Below are positions 11,201-23,930 of a stretch of DNA of 64,000 nt, one piece after another (the stretch's first letter is position 1; every line of letters starts with the position of its first letter). Source of the stretch: Gekko japonicus (taxonomy: Eukaryota); NCBI RefSeq assembly GCF_001447785.1, contig NW_015166441.1, positions 569,007-633,006 of the forward strand, read 5' to 3'. The position numbers and the translations under genes were made by a program. The notes beneath the pieces are model-generated. The model searched no databases, had not been told where the DNA came from, and worked only from the letters and a program-made list of their open reading frames with translations.

Positions 11201-13085
11201 TGTCAGGAGCTTGTTAGCCAGCAAGGAGCTTTCTGCTCTCTATGGACTATGAACTGTGTCTAATGTGTGCCAAGGGACTATGATGCCAGGTGACCAGAGT
11301 GAGAGGCCAGCACACACACATCAGATAGTGTGCCCATGGCTTCCAAGAGGTTGCCCTGTTCCAGAGATGTTCCTACCTACACACACACAGCACCATGTTA
11401 GCAGCCATTTGCTGGATGTTCAAACTACAAGGACTGATTCCTCCATTATGTTTTAAGAAGCTGGCACATCTTCCCCTACCACACTCTTGTTGCTGAGGAG
11501 CACTCATAAAAGGATTTACCTTCTGCTTTTCCTTAACAAAGGAACTAGCTCAGCTACCCACCTGGAGAACCGGTCTTGCAGCCTCAAGACAAAAGGGGAC
11601 AATCAACGCTAGCTGCTGACTCAATCATCATGCTAATCAGGTGTCTTTGGGCTACCAGCTTAATTGCATCAATCATTGTCCGAGCTAAGCCCCTCACTCC
11701 CACTGCATAAACTAATCAGAGAGAGGGGTTGTGTCAAGGAAGGAGTCCAGCAAGCCCTCCCCATGTGACACCCCAGAGGAGGTGGGCCAAGTCATGTGAC
11801 TAGGACATGTGACCACCTCAAACCACCGCCAAGTCATGTGACTAGGATATGTGACCACCTCAAACCACCCCCAAGAGACATGTGACTAGGACATGTGGCC
11901 AGCCTGGCCCAGCCTCCCAAGCCCCCCTCATAAAAGGGGACAGCCGGCCATGTGGTTCCTCTCTCTCTCTACACCCCCTCAACGACCACTATACTCTCTG
12001 ACTCTCATCCTTGTAGCTATCTGCTACCCATCCTACCCCAGGCTTTTAGTCTGCAGCTAAGGCCTACCTTGTGCTTTCTGCTGGTCAGTCTGCACACTCC
12101 ATTTTCCTAGTATAATCCCCATTTTTCTAGTATTCCCTTATTTTTCCATTTGGCAAGCTTCATCTCTTCGGACCAGGTAATGTATTTCCCAACCAACGAA
12201 TCTCCTGCTAATGCAAACGTGTAAAAATCTCTTTATTTCCTAGAATCTGAATATTTGTGTGTGTGATTGTGTATTGTTTGTGTCTGAAGATTTACAGTAA
12301 AAGACATTATTCTAACTAAAACTCAGTCTCCTTGTCTGTTACTGGTATTTCTGGAAGAGTGGCACCCTCTGTATATACAGGTGAAAGGTCCCTTAGCTGA
12401 TTGCTTATTAATAATAATTCACAATTCCCCAATATTGATAATTAATCCAGAGCAATCAGGCTAACAAGCTCACCCGGCCAACCCACCGGGAGATGGCAAG
12501 GACAATGGTTGGGCCACAAACACCAGGGACCAACGCCCACCACAAGTTGAGGCACCCAAGGGACGAGCCAGGGACTGGGTGTGCCTCCTGGCAATGCAGG
12601 GAGACGGGGAGGATCCAACGGAACCAGCAGCCCACCAACCTGCGGCTCCCTGGCAACTCAAGGGGGAAGAACCAACAGGCTCAGCCCCAGGCCACGACGC
12701 CGAAGTACGTGTGAAGAAGAAGGCTGGTTGCCCGTTGGCAAATACCAGCGGCCGGTCAGCCCTTTAACTAATTTATTCTGAAGTGAAGCAGGTGTTAGAG
12801 GGGAATTAAGAGGACGGTGGTCTGCATACTCGGGGAGGATAAGAGTCAAGGTCGGGGTTGTAAGCAGGAGACAAGCTGCGAAAGGGTTGCTCCTAAAGGG
12901 ATGCTGAGAGAGAGGGAGTCGACCAAACATTTGACCTGGGAACCCGACCTCGACAGGGCCTACTGTGTGAAGTAACACATGTGGAGCCCAGGAGTCTGAG
13001 GGATTGCACCGCTAAGCCTTCGTTTTCCCGTTGGACCCTCACCCCACTAACTCTGAACCCCCGAAGGTGACCCTGACTCGTGACA
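11201..13085 (+). mobile_element. Long (~1.9 kb) solo LTR
   Basis: Inverted termini tgtcaggag / ctcgtgaca; 5-bp TSD cagcg / cagca (CpG decay); TATA-like cataaaaggg ~11929; agtaaa polyA-like signal ~12296; internal ~41-bp tandem repeats. Confidence 0.75.
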
Positions 13086-13397
13086 CAGCAGAACATATTA
13101 ATGCAGCACTCTGAGTGAATCTAATCGTTCAGAGTTTTTGTGCGCCTTCTTGGGAAGGTCACTGCACATTTGATTCAATATCAGTTGATCTTCAAATAAA
13201 GAGAAACAAGTTCAGGAACAACCTTAAAAACCAGTGATGGACGGAGAAGCTGCTTTTTAAAATAATAAATTTTACAAAAATGGAGTATTTTTACCCAAAA
13301 GGATTTTAAGCCATAAAGATTTTAATCCATATTAGATATTAAGATGGATATTGAACAGAAAAAAGTTACTATGGAACAGACATTTTACCATCTAGCC

Positions 13398-13828
13398 CAA
13401 GGGTGTCAAACTTATTTGTTATGAGGGCCGAATCTGACATAAATGAGACCTTGTTGGGCTGGGCCATGTGTGTCATAAAATGTAATGCCAGGTAGCAGAG
13501 ATATAAACTTTATAAAGGACACAAACACAAAGGGTTTTTTTTAACTTTAAATAAAAACATGCTTAAAACATTAGCACTCCTGCAATACTTTGTTTATTTA
13601 ACAGTGTCTGATAACTGACACCTCTTGCTCTGAATTATTGCATCAAAATGTCTGTGCTGTTGCAATCTTGAGTATGCTGTTCAGGTGTGTATCTGTAAAC
13701 TGCAAACCTACTATGACGTAGCAGCAGCAGAACTGGAAGAAGCAAAAGATAGCCAGTTCCACTGTGGGCCTGATAGAAGCCCTCTGGGGGCCTGATCCAG
13801 CCCCCAGGGTGCATGTTTGACACCCCTG
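13398..13828 (+). mobile_element. Non-autonomous hAT (Charlie-like) transposon
   Basis: TIRs caagggtgtcaaac / gtttgacacccctg; 8-bp TSD atctagcc; same family as 27167-27556. Confidence 0.9.
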
Positions 13829-14388
13829 ATCTAGCCTTTGAAAAAGGATAGTATGTTCATAAGTGATTGTCACATTACTTCATTTGGCTAGTATACAGTA
13901 TAGCTTGTTTTTGTGTACAGTAAACATATTAAGTTTCAATGTACAATAGTTATTTAGTTTAAGAGGTGAAAGTTTGTTAAGAACCATTAATTCTTTTGTT
14001 TACAATGAGAATGAGTAAATGTTTAGACAAGGGCCTTTCCATTAAGTTTGCTGAAGTAGAGCTTCAGAATAGCTGAAGAGCCATAAAATGCTAAGAACAT
14101 GTATTAGTGACATGAGAAGCAATTCTAAACCAGTTTACTCAGAATTAAGTTCCATTTTAGTCAATAGACCAGGAATGTGTTCTTAGAGATGCAACTATGA
14201 TCACTTAATACATGATATCGGACATTAAGACTACAGATATCCCATGTATAAATTGTGTAAGGGAGAGGAAAAAAGACATTTAATAGGAAATCCACAATTT
14301 CAACACCAAACCCATGATTCCTAAAAAGAGGAGACAGAAGTTATTTGAGAAAAAACTGAAAAATAAGGGAAAAAAATCAAAAATCAAT

Positions 14389-14394
14389 TTTATT
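14389..14394 (-). terminator. Candidate polyadenylation signal of TXNDC12
   Basis: AATAAA on the minus strand ~850 nt past the stop, followed by U-rich sequence; other candidates at ~15019 and ~15082. Confidence 0.45.
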
Positions 14395-15245
14395 GTATAT
14401 TTTACCAATACAAAAATACAGAACAATGTGATGAGACAAGATATCCACTCAGAAGATTCAGCAAATAAAAGTGTATTAATGCACAAAGTACTTGAATATG
14501 TTATCTCTCTTCTGCTTACAAAACACCTGAAAGATGAATGTACAATGTAAGAGTTATGTTTCTGGCCAAACACAAGCAAGAGGACATATAGTTCTATTAA
14601 AAGAGAGATACATTTATACATCCAATATTCATCATGCTTTTTCTTGAACTGGCCAGAAAACTACTTGATGAACTGTCCACAGCAGAATCATCAATGAATT
14701 TGGCTTTGTACAAAGGCTCACATATGTGGTTATAATTCAGAGGGGAGGAATTAAAACCCAAGAGTGGAATCCTAAACATTCTTACCTGGAAGTTCTTACT
14801 GAAGTAAGGACTTCATAGGAAGCATGTTTAGAGGAACAGTCAAAGGGATTATTCTGTAAAACTAGTGTCCTCAATACAAATCATGCACCAGACATATCCT
14901 AATATTTTAAAAATGCAATTTAAAAAGGAGAGTTACCCCTTAAACACCAGTGAAGCTCTTTTTTTTAACTTTGTCAGGATCAAGGCATTGTTTCATTAAA
15001 TAATACAAGTAATTTAGCTTTATTTCTCCTATAAATAGGCATCTCAGTGTAAACAAGAGAGAAAATAATGCTATACTTCATTTTATTTTATGAAAAAAAA
15101 TTAGAGAGTATTTGATCTAAGAAGTTACCAATAGGAAAAGGTCTTCCCAGTACAGCTACAATTCCTTATCTGGTAAGTAATTAGGAAGGATAAACAGTCA
15201 TATTATCTTGGATTTAAAATTTATATAAAACACATCGCTGCTGGA

Positions 15246-15325
15246 TTATAATTCATCTCCAAGATGTTTTTTCTTGAAAGCATCACCTGTCAGCTTTGCT
15301 TCAGCCTCCTTCATTCCTTGTATAA
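15246..15325 (-). CDS. TXNDC12: TXNDC12 (ERp18) last coding exon 7
   Basis: (V)[25 protein letters not shown]; AG acceptor; KDEL-like ER-retention end. Confidence 0.95.
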
Positions 15326-16574
15326 CTGTATTATTAAGAATAAAAGATGTGTCATACCTGGTTCATTTCATATAACAGATTAATATTAATAACACTAAGT
15401 ACTAAGGAAAGCTTATAAAGTGAATACACACATGAAAAGTAAACAGTCGTTTATGTGCCAATACAATCCTTTCAATTTTCCCCTTTCCTTATTCATATTC
15501 AACCATTGTCTGTCCTCTTCTACCCAACAATAGATAAAAGAATAGGATTGGAAAATTTGCTATCTACTGTCAACCCTTTAATGAAAGACTCCCCAAATTC
15601 TCATTGTGGTCCCCCCCCCCCGAAAACCTAGTAACAGACACAACCTTTTAAGTGCGATAACATTATAGTCCTAATAGTTCAAAGTGAGATGGTACACAAA
15701 ATTAATTCCAAATTCTTCTGCTTTCATGCAGGTTGTTCAATCTATTAATTCAAAACCACCTCCATAAAAACAAGTAACATGACATGAATACAATCTTATA
15801 TATTTGAACACATAAATATAGTCTTATATATTTGAACGCGATTAAGCAAATATTGACATGGCTGTACCAGGACATAACTTCTATCAATTCATCACTAACA
15901 GTCTCAATGATATCTTCATAAGAGCTGACTGTAAATAACTCACATGAGATCGATCTATACTTTTTATATCTAGCTGAGCAGGTGAGATCAAAAGCCCGGG
16001 TAACTAATCATCCCACAACTCAAGAGGACTAGCTCAACTGCATTTACAGTGGACCAGCTCCAGAGCTTATTGATGGTACAGATTTGCTAAGACAGTATAG
16101 TGGTATGTCAGATTTCCTTTTCTTAGCATCTTTAAAGAGTAGGTTCATGTATGTGGCCAGCTGGGATCTAAAGAGCCCCATTCATTTCTCCACAGGCAAG
16201 GAGGCTTTAATGATGTTTAATTCTGACTCCAATTACTCATTGCTGAACTGGAAACCTCTTACACGATTCCCCTAGCCTCCAGAAGTGGTTATTCTGGATA
16301 CTGAAACTCCTGTGGTGAGACCTTGAAGACCTGCCATATGCCTGAATGCTCACATGCAGCCCATTAGATTCAAGTTATTATACTGCACAAGCCAAAGGCA
16401 ACATCATTATATGGCCAATTTCCCCCCCATAGCCATCTCTTATTATCCTTAGAAGGTATAATTTTTATCTCCGTCTTCCTTGTTAAAAAGGAAATCTGGC
16501 AAAATTCATCCGAAAGCTCCCCATGGTTGTAGTCAACTGAGCTGGAGTGCAATTTGGACCCAATCCACTCATAC

Positions 16575-16658
16575 CTTGTTCAGCATTGGTATAGAAATAC
16601 TTATAACTTGGGTTTCCTCTCTCATTTATGATTTCTGGATGGATATTTCCACTGGGAT
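16575..16658 (-). CDS. TXNDC12: TXNDC12 exon 6
   Basis: (D)[27 protein letters not shown]; AG/GT boundaries; 84 bp. Confidence 0.95.
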
Positions 16659-16750
16659 CTGTGAAATGGAGAGAACAATTAAATATCCCTGCATTGGTAA
16701 CAGTGGAAACCCAAGAGCAAAAAGCAATGATTCTGATATGCCACCCTTAC

Positions 16751-16820
16751 CCATGAAAAGGATTCTGGGAATGTAGCCACCATCAGGACTAAAAGCTTCA
16801 TCCTTTGGTTCTTCTTCATC
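16751..16820 (-). CDS. TXNDC12: TXNDC12 exon 5
   Basis: [23 protein letters not shown]; AG/GT boundaries; 70 bp. Confidence 0.95.
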
Positions 16821-17056
16821 CTGCAAATAAATGGTGACAATAAAGGAATACTGCCACTGCTTACATATCCCTCTTAAAAGTTTACTTCAATCAAACCATC
16901 TGTCTTTTTTCAAAAAGTTGCTTAGTTTTAGGAAGCATAAATGCCTTGAAAAGAAAACAAATTACTCCAATTGGTTATACTTGTCCACAGCGTTCTTTAG
17001 CAAAAACAGCAAGACACAGCTCCAACAACAGTTCAAAAATAATATACAAAATCAAT

Positions 17057-17330
17057 GAAGAAGAGAAGAAGAGATTGGATTTATACCCGCCCTTCACTCA
17101 GAGTCTCAGAGTGGCTTACAAACTCCTTTCCTTTCCCTTCCCCACAACAGACACCCTGTGAGGTAGGTGAGGCTGAGACAGCTCTGACAGAAACTGCTGT
17201 TTTTCGAGAACAGCTGTGACAGAACTATGGCTTGCCCAAGGTAATCCAGCAGCTGCAAGTGGAGGAGTGGGGAATCAAACCCGGTTCTCCCAGATTACAG
17301 TCTGCACACTTAACCACACCAAACTGACTC
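17057..17330 (-). mobile_element. Squam3-like tRNA-derived SINE
   Basis: ggatttatacccgccc...ccacaacagacaccctgtgaggtagg...ggggaatcaaacccggttctccc; same family as 33237-33470 and 62334-62620. Confidence 0.75.
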
Positions 17331-17479
17331 GCAGGAGCTCTTTCTTTAGAAATATGAACAGTATCTTTTATTAACATTCTGCATCTATGTGAATGTCAGA
17401 AACTATATTCAAAGGAAAAAACATGGAAAACCATTCCATTCTAGTGTTATAAAAAAGACATAACTTAAATTGACTTTAC

Positions 17480-17553
17480 CTCAAGGTTGACCATCACAAA
17501 GTTATGGGCAAGCTCTGATATTTCCTTAGATTCAGCAAACTTTGGTTTTAAAG
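17480..17553 (-). CDS. TXNDC12: TXNDC12 exon 4
   Basis: (A)[24 protein letters not shown]; AG/GT boundaries; 74 bp. Confidence 0.95.
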
Positions 17554-18185
17554 CTAAGAAAATTAGAGAAAGGAAATTAAATTAAGCAAAAGTGAAAACA
17601 ATGACCAATAAATTACACAATTTCTAAACACTTCATCTTTAACACAACTGCTCTGATCTGTGTTCCAGTCCTATTGAAATCAACTGAGCATAAATTATTC
17701 ATGACTGACTTGTCTCATTGTTACCATAGGACATAAGCATGTCTAACTGTCACTAATTTTTGAACAAAATTCAATTATTGATTAGTCACCTCTAACTGAA
17801 TTGATCTGTGTGCCAGTTCTACTCGGAAGATCAGTTCTCACTCAATGTTCCTTCTTCACAGTCAGTGAACATTTCAGCTGCCTTTAGCATGGCATTGTTT
17901 CTTTGTAACGGGTTGAAAGAATCTGAATCTGTGACAAGATCACTTTTCTGGAAGGCCAAGGCTGATTAATTTCAGAGGGCATCCCGGTAAACTAAGCGGC
18001 AAGCTTAGATTTTGGATATAAATCTGAGATCTGACTTTTGTGTTAGTTGGTGTTGAACTGTTGTTGTTTAACTGTGAGCTGCTTTGAGCTTTTAGGAAAA
18101 GCAGTTTTCTAAATAATTATTTCAAAAGTAATATAAGCATAGCCCTGTTATACTTCAGGATGTGTGTGTATATATATCTATATAG

Positions 18186-19048
18186 CAGGGGTGGCCAAAC
18201 TGCGGGACAGGAGCCACATGCAGCTCTTTCACACATATTGTGTGGCTCCTGGGAGGGCAGCTGGGGAAGTGATGGGGAGGCATGCCTCCACGATCCCCTT
18301 CCCCGGCCAGTGTTCCCATCCCTGGGTTGGCTTGAGGTGGTAGTAGGGAGCAGAGAAAGAAAGCAACTTTAACTTCAAATATGTTTTCAAAGCCCCCCCC
18401 CCCCACCAGATTGAAGGCATTTGTCTCTTTAAATCTTAAGCTGGCACGGAGGGGGGCTTGGAGGACACACTTAAAGTTGCTTTCCTTCCACCTCTCTCAT
18501 CCTCTCTCCCTCCCCATCTATTTGCTTTTCCTTCTTTCTTTCCTTTTTCCCTTCCTTCCTCCCACTCCCATCTATTTGCTTCTTTGTTTCTGTTTCTCTC
18601 TTCCCTCTCTTTCTACCTCTTTCATTCTTTCCACTTTTCTCTCTCTTCCTTCCTCCCCTCCCTCCCCATCTATTTGCTTTCTCTCTTCCCTCTTCCTTCC
18701 TCTCCTCCCTCCTCATCTATTTGCTTTCTTTCCACACTTCTCTCTCTCTCTTTGCCCCTTTCTTTTTTCCTTTCTCTCCCTTTCTTTCCACCTCTTTCAT
18801 TTTCTTTCCACCTCTCTCTCTCTCTTAGACAAATAAATATTATTAGTAAAAAATTAAATATCATGGGGCAAATAAATATCATTATCTGTTTTTACCCCTT
18901 TTGCTTTTATTTTGGCAGTCTCATGTAATGTTAATAAAAAGCAAATTTGCATATTTTTTCAATAAAAATGTGTAATATTTGTTCATGTCTTGTGGCTCTC
19001 AAACATCTGACATTTATTTCTTAGGTTAAACGAGTTTGGCCACCCATG
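18186..19048 (+). mobile_element. Non-autonomous hAT transposon with an internal CT-rich low-complexity tract
   Basis: TIRs caggggtggccaaac / gtttggccacccatg; TSD ctatatag / atatatag; CT-rich repeats with unit catctatttgct at 18480-18830. Confidence 0.8.
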
Positions 19049-19523
19049 ATATATAGCCACAGTGTTCATACATTAGAAAAGGCAGCTATTTCAGCCTTTT
19101 CAGCACACACTGAAAGAAGCACAACTCCAAAACTGTTTAACAAAGTGTAACTTGAACATAATAGGACAATGCTCTCTGCAACATGCCTTCAAACGTCCAG
19201 GGGGATAAGTGCTGACCAATGTTTCTAGTGAAAAATGTCTATGTTGAATGAAAAAAAAAACTTACATTTGAATCCAGTACATAGAATTAAGAGACAGTTC
19301 TCAGTTTCACCACCATATTGGGATGAGGAGAGACTTTACCAAGTTAAACTACCTAGTTACACACCAAATGTTAACACTATAAAAAGAGCATACCCTGAAC
19401 CTTTTTTAAAAAAAAGACAATATTAACTAAAATTCCTGTTAAGACTTTTCCACTTAGGATAATAGCCTATGAATTCAAAGCATAAAAAGGTCATGGCTGT
19501 CATAGAAAGTTAGTCTACCCTAC

Positions 19524-19576
19524 CTTTACAAGCACCACACCAAGACTTATGAATGATTATCATTATAGGCAGTCCA
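19524..19576 (-). CDS. TXNDC12: TXNDC12 exon 3 (active site)
   Basis: (S)[17 protein letters not shown] with the CGAC thioredoxin motif; 53 bp; AG/GT boundaries. Confidence 0.97.
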
Positions 19577-19999
19577 CTGAAAGAGACCAAGAAAACACAC
19601 ACACAGTTAATGTATTTCAGTTTCCTTGATATGCAATTTCTAAATATGGTTTCTATAAGGAAAATCTTGTTGACACTTTATTTCAAGATCAAGACATCTT
19701 GACCTAGTAACAGACTTGCATTGTACTATGCATGTTTACTGGGAATTATGTCTTACAGATGGCAATAGGATTTTTTCCAGCCTAATTTATTTGCTTTAGG
19801 CCACCAGTAAGTACCCAGTTAAACTGAAATGTTATCCCTTATCAACAGCCTACTTGCCACAATGGGAACTGTGCAGTAGGAGCCCTGTCTATGTCTCCCT
19901 CCATGGACAAAAGTATCTCATTTACTAGCAGCTATACAATGAAATGTATCTTCCTACATCAGTCCAGCTCATAATTACTTTGCCTTACTGTGTTGAAGA

Positions 20000-20208
20000 T
20001 AGATTCCGTGGGTGGGTGGGTGGTGTTGGCGTCAGTCTGAAGCAGCAGAACGTTTGAGTCCAGTGGCACCTTTAAGACCATCAAAGTTTTATTCTGGGTA
20101 TAAGCTTTCGTGTGCATGCACATTTCTTCAGATGTGCATGCACACGAAAGCTTATACCCTGAATAAAACTTTATTGGTCTTAAAGGTGCCACTGGACTCA
20201 AACTTTGT
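20000..20208. mobile_element. Short Penelope-like insertion with two inverted pseudo-LTR ends
   Basis: Near-perfect ~155-bp palindrome 20052-20203; TSD tgtgttgaaga at 19989-19999 and 20209-20219; minus strand CTGAAGA-AATGTGCATGCACAC-GAAAGCTTA hammerhead core. Confidence 0.85.
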
Positions 20209-20344
20209 TGTGTTGAAGACCGTTCTACATGCTGGAATAAGCGGATGTCAACTGATTTCACTAGTACCTAGTTCACATGCAGCCATTTTCTATTAATTCT
20301 CCAGAACACGTCATTCTCTGCCATCCATAAATCATATGTTTTGA

Positions 20345-20572
20345 GCCAGGGTGGTGTAGTGCTCCGAGTGTCATCCTAGGATATGGGAGACCCACATATG
20401 AATCCCTACTCTGTCATGGAAGCTTGCTGGGGGACCTCGGGCCAGTCATACACTCTCGATCTAACCTACCTCACAGGGTTGTTGTGAGGATAAAATGGAG
20501 AATGATATAGGATAGCTGACTTGGGTCCCCAATGGGGAAAAGGGTGGGGTATAAATGAAGTAAAATAAATAA
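20345..20572 (+). mobile_element. tRNA-derived SINE (Squam3/MIR-like)
   Basis: ggtggtgtagtg A-box head, ctaacctacctcacagggttgttgtgagga core, ggggtataaatgaagtaaaataaat tail; relatives at 25530-25810, 35875-36100 and 59030-59470. Confidence 0.65.
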
Positions 20573-22209
20573 CACTGCTTTTCTTTTTCTATCTAGTATG
20601 AAGATGGGAAAGCTAATTAGATTCTAAAGTATGAAACTGCATGGCTGTTTTTGTTGAACATATAGCCATACTAAATACAAGCTATTTCCAACTCTTTACT
20701 TTCTGCCACTGGTAAAAAAAACCCACATTCCAATGCAAGTTCTCAGAAAATTACAAAACTTTTGGAGCATCATAAGGTGCTCTGCAGCACAATCCCACAT
20801 AGTTATTCCAGTTTAAACCTAAAGAAATATATGAGCTTAAAAAGGGGTAACTCTGTAAAGAATATGTATTGTTATTAAACAATCCCAGAGGAAACCATAC
20901 ATACAACTTTCCATACAACTTTCCCTTTCCATGAGGTACGAGGAACAAGTATCGAGGTAACCAGTAGTTGTTAAGAAGGAATCTTTCAATAAGTACTCCA
21001 AAAATAATCAGGTTTAATGAGCAAGAGCTACCATGGATATTAGACCTGTGTCAGTAGCACCTAGGTCCCAAATACCTAAAAACAGTTTTCTATGAATCAA
21101 CCTATAAATGTGCAAGTAACTAGTAAGGTCATGCCTATGATTTACAAGTATAATGCAAGAGCCATCCTTAGTCACAAAGTTTGGCAGATGTGGGCAGACA
21201 AAAATCTAGGTGGTTCTAAGGGGCTAGTCAAAAATGTTAAGACTAAGATAAGCATTCCAAACTTTATGATCAAACACGCTATTTACTAGAAAGGAAAATG
21301 AGTTTTTCTCTATATGTGCCTTCAAGAAAATGAGGAATTCATCTTAAATATGCATTAAAGTTAAAATTATAAACCTTTTGCATATAATTTTAAGGGGGAT
21401 TGACATATTCAGGGTTGTCGTCCTCTTGAGTAAGTGCATAAAGAAAGCCATACCCTTCATTCTTCCCATCTCTTATTCCCCCCATGTTCCTTGTTTACAG
21501 ACTATTCCATTTTATCATATCGTTAAGCCTTACCTACAACTGAGAGATGCTCTTACTGCATGTAATTGTTTTGCCTTTTACTGCACTGAAGTGGGAATGG
21601 ATTGCATCCTATGTTTTCCCATAAAAGCTCACAGAACATAATAAAAAAATGATTATAAGAAAAACCATAACTAGCATAGGAATTATAATAGCTACATACA
21701 ACTCAGCTTCTATGTCTGAGGCTGCTCACTGATAATATTAGTGCCCAAGAAGTGTACCTTAGAAACAAAAACAGAAGACTGAAAACAGTTTTATTCAATG
21801 AGCCAAAGCCACAATAATGAATAAAGGAAAAATGTAAACTTCATATAGAATGCAAATATCTATTTACATTTTGGGATCCATTTTTTGTGGGGGGAAACAA
21901 ATTCAGTACCATGTGATTCCATTCTAAATTTCCTTGCTCTAACTTATGTGGCCATTAGAAAAGGTATTTTAAATGTTCAGGAATATGTTAACAGCTGTGC
22001 TCTGGGCGCTCAACAGCATGTTGACGTAGTTGCTTCCTAAAGCAATACTACTCCATAGTTTGCTCTCTGCTTAATACCTTGTCTCAGTGAAGAAGGTGGG
22101 CTATAAATAAAGTAAACAAAATAAAATACAGAGAAGTATGCTTCTTTCTAGTATATATTTCAAACTACTGAGCTCAGAACAGTGATTTACCAGACTCTAT
22201 TAATAGGTC

Positions 22210-22639
22210 TGTCATGACCTCCAGGGGGTCACCACCTTCAGCTGCCACCACTCTGGACTTCAGGTTCCTTGAGAAGGCCCAGTGTACCCTCCCAAGCCCA
22301 TCCAAAATGCCCCCTTTTAAGCCGAGAACTATAGGCGTGATGACCAGGCAGAGAGCATTAAACAAATGGTTTATTAACACAGTAATGGGGCACTGAAAAC
22401 AAGACAAGGTGCTTAAATATATACAACAGTGTTTAAAGGCAAAAATAACCAAATCTAACACAACTACCTAGTTCACTTAACTGGTTACTACTTCAAGGCC
22501 CACAGCCCTCTTATACCAGCCTGTGCCTGTACTTACTCTGTCCCAAGTGAGGGATCTTTCTCCTCAGACCAGACTATTCCCCTCAGTTTAACTCTGTGAG
22601 AGGGAAGACCGCAGAAGAGCAAAAGAACACAGTTTCACA
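22210..22639 (-). mobile_element. Possible solo LTR
   Basis: Begins tgtcatg and may end tttcaca; minus-strand AATAAA ~22370 and TATA-like ~22511; TSD imperfect (ggtc/gttc). Confidence 0.35.
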
Positions 22640-22719
22640 GTTCAGAAAGCTTAAGTTCCATTCCCTCATACACTCTCTGTACACTGATTGGCTAACCATT
22701 GTGGTGGTCTGAACGAAGC

Positions 22720-22912
22720 AGAAGGGATCGTGCTCCATCTGCCTTCCATCTGCCTTTATATATGAACTATCTACAATTTCAGTGTATCTGAGTAAGTGTG
22801 TATGCACATGAAAGCTCATACCACAAATAAACCTTTGTTGGTCTTAAAGATACCACTGGACTCCAAATCTGTTCTTCTGCTTCAGACCAACATGGTTTCC
22901 CGCCTGGATCTA
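22720..22912 (+). mobile_element. Penelope-like pseudo-LTR with mutated hammerhead motif
   Basis: gtatctgagtaagtgtgtatgcacatgaaagctcatacc...ttggtcttaaagataccactggactc...cagaccaacatgg; same family as 20000 and 39040. Confidence 0.75.
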
Positions 22913-23282
22913 CTTTCTCCTACATTACACTTGTCATCGAATCCCATTGATATGTGCTAAAAGCACAGTTTTAATTGTGTGTTACCAATACTGAAGTGCA
23001 TTCAACTCAGTGACACACACAAATATTATAACTGACATTACAACAGCAGCATGTCCCTCATACAAATGAAGTTCAGCTCCAAGTACAAAATAACTACATA
23101 CTTCTCAGTTTACCAGACCAAAATCTCATACATCTGAAGATCAGCAGGCCAGATCCAGCCAGAATAGATGCCAAACTAAAAACTGAAACTACCAAATACT
23201 CTAATCAAAAACTGAAAGGCAGTATGTGGGTGTAACTCAATCATGTGCATAGGACTGGAGCCCCCTTAATTTTAGTAGCAGA

Positions 23283-23930
23283 CAAAATAGGGATCCCTAG
23301 CGTGTAATGGTAGAAAACAGCAGAAAAACACCAAGGGAAGACCATCAAAGATTATATATACTTGAAATGTCTGAGTATGATATATTGAATAAGTATTTAA
23401 ATTACAAATAAATGCCTATAATGAGTGGTCCACCACCCAAAACAAATACAGTGTTCCCAATTATAATCATGTGTGCTCATGGCATATCATACATCAACAC
23501 TGAGATACAAATAAACAAATTTGTGTGTTGACAGCACATATACTAAAATTGGAATGATACAGAGAAGATTAGCATGGCCCCTGAGCAGGAATNNNNNNNN
23601 NNCAGGAATGACATGCAAATTCTTGAAGCATTCCATATTTTTTATTGCATTTAAGCAAGGAGAATCGACCAGTTGGATTTATGTGCATACCTTGTTATCA
23701 GCACCTGTGAGCGCAATTACTGTTATGTTTTTTTGTATCTCAGTGTTGATGTATGATATGCCATGAGCACATATGATTATATTTGGGAACATTGTATTTG
23801 TTTTGGGTCGTGGGCCACCAACTCATTCTAGGTGTTTATTTGTAATTTAAATACTTATTCCATATATCATATGCTCAGAAATTTCAAGTGTATTTGATGG
23901 TCTTCCCTTGGTGTTTTTCTGTTTTCTACT
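23283..23930 (+). mobile_element. Inverted-repeat retroinsertion with Penelope-like architecture carrying U6
   Basis: Arms 23310-23517 and 23726-23929 are reverse complements; extra 27-nt tail on the left; TSD cttaattttagtagcaga (23265-23282) / cttaattttagtcgctga (23931-23948). Confidence 0.8.
23528..23643 (+). pseudogene. RNU6: U6 snRNA retropseudogene
   Basis: cagcacatatactaaaattggaatgatacagagaagattagcatggcccctg...atgacatgcaaattcttgaagcattccatattttt matches U6 including the ACAGAGA box; CpG-type substitutions, diverged 5' end, no upstream PSE/TATA seen; 10-N gap inside. Confidence 0.92.

Noticed and set aside
11780-11900. CRISPR-like repeat array
   Set aside because: Eukaryotic LTR tandem repeat with no unique spacers and no cas genes
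15792-15838. Tandem duplication tcttatatatttgaac in TXNDC12 intron 6
   Set aside because: Ordinary short slippage duplication with no sign of function
18381-18928. 150-aa hydrophobic ORFs as membrane proteins
   Set aside because: They are translations of a CT-rich low-complexity tract inside a hAT element
23586-23609. Internal duplication (caggaat) in U6
   Set aside because: The repeat flanks a 10-N gap, so it is most likely a scaffolding overlap artefact
23528-23643. Functional U6 snRNA gene
   Set aside because: Multiple substitutions, a diverged 5' stem, no PSE/TATA upstream, and it is embedded in a TSD-flanked insertion
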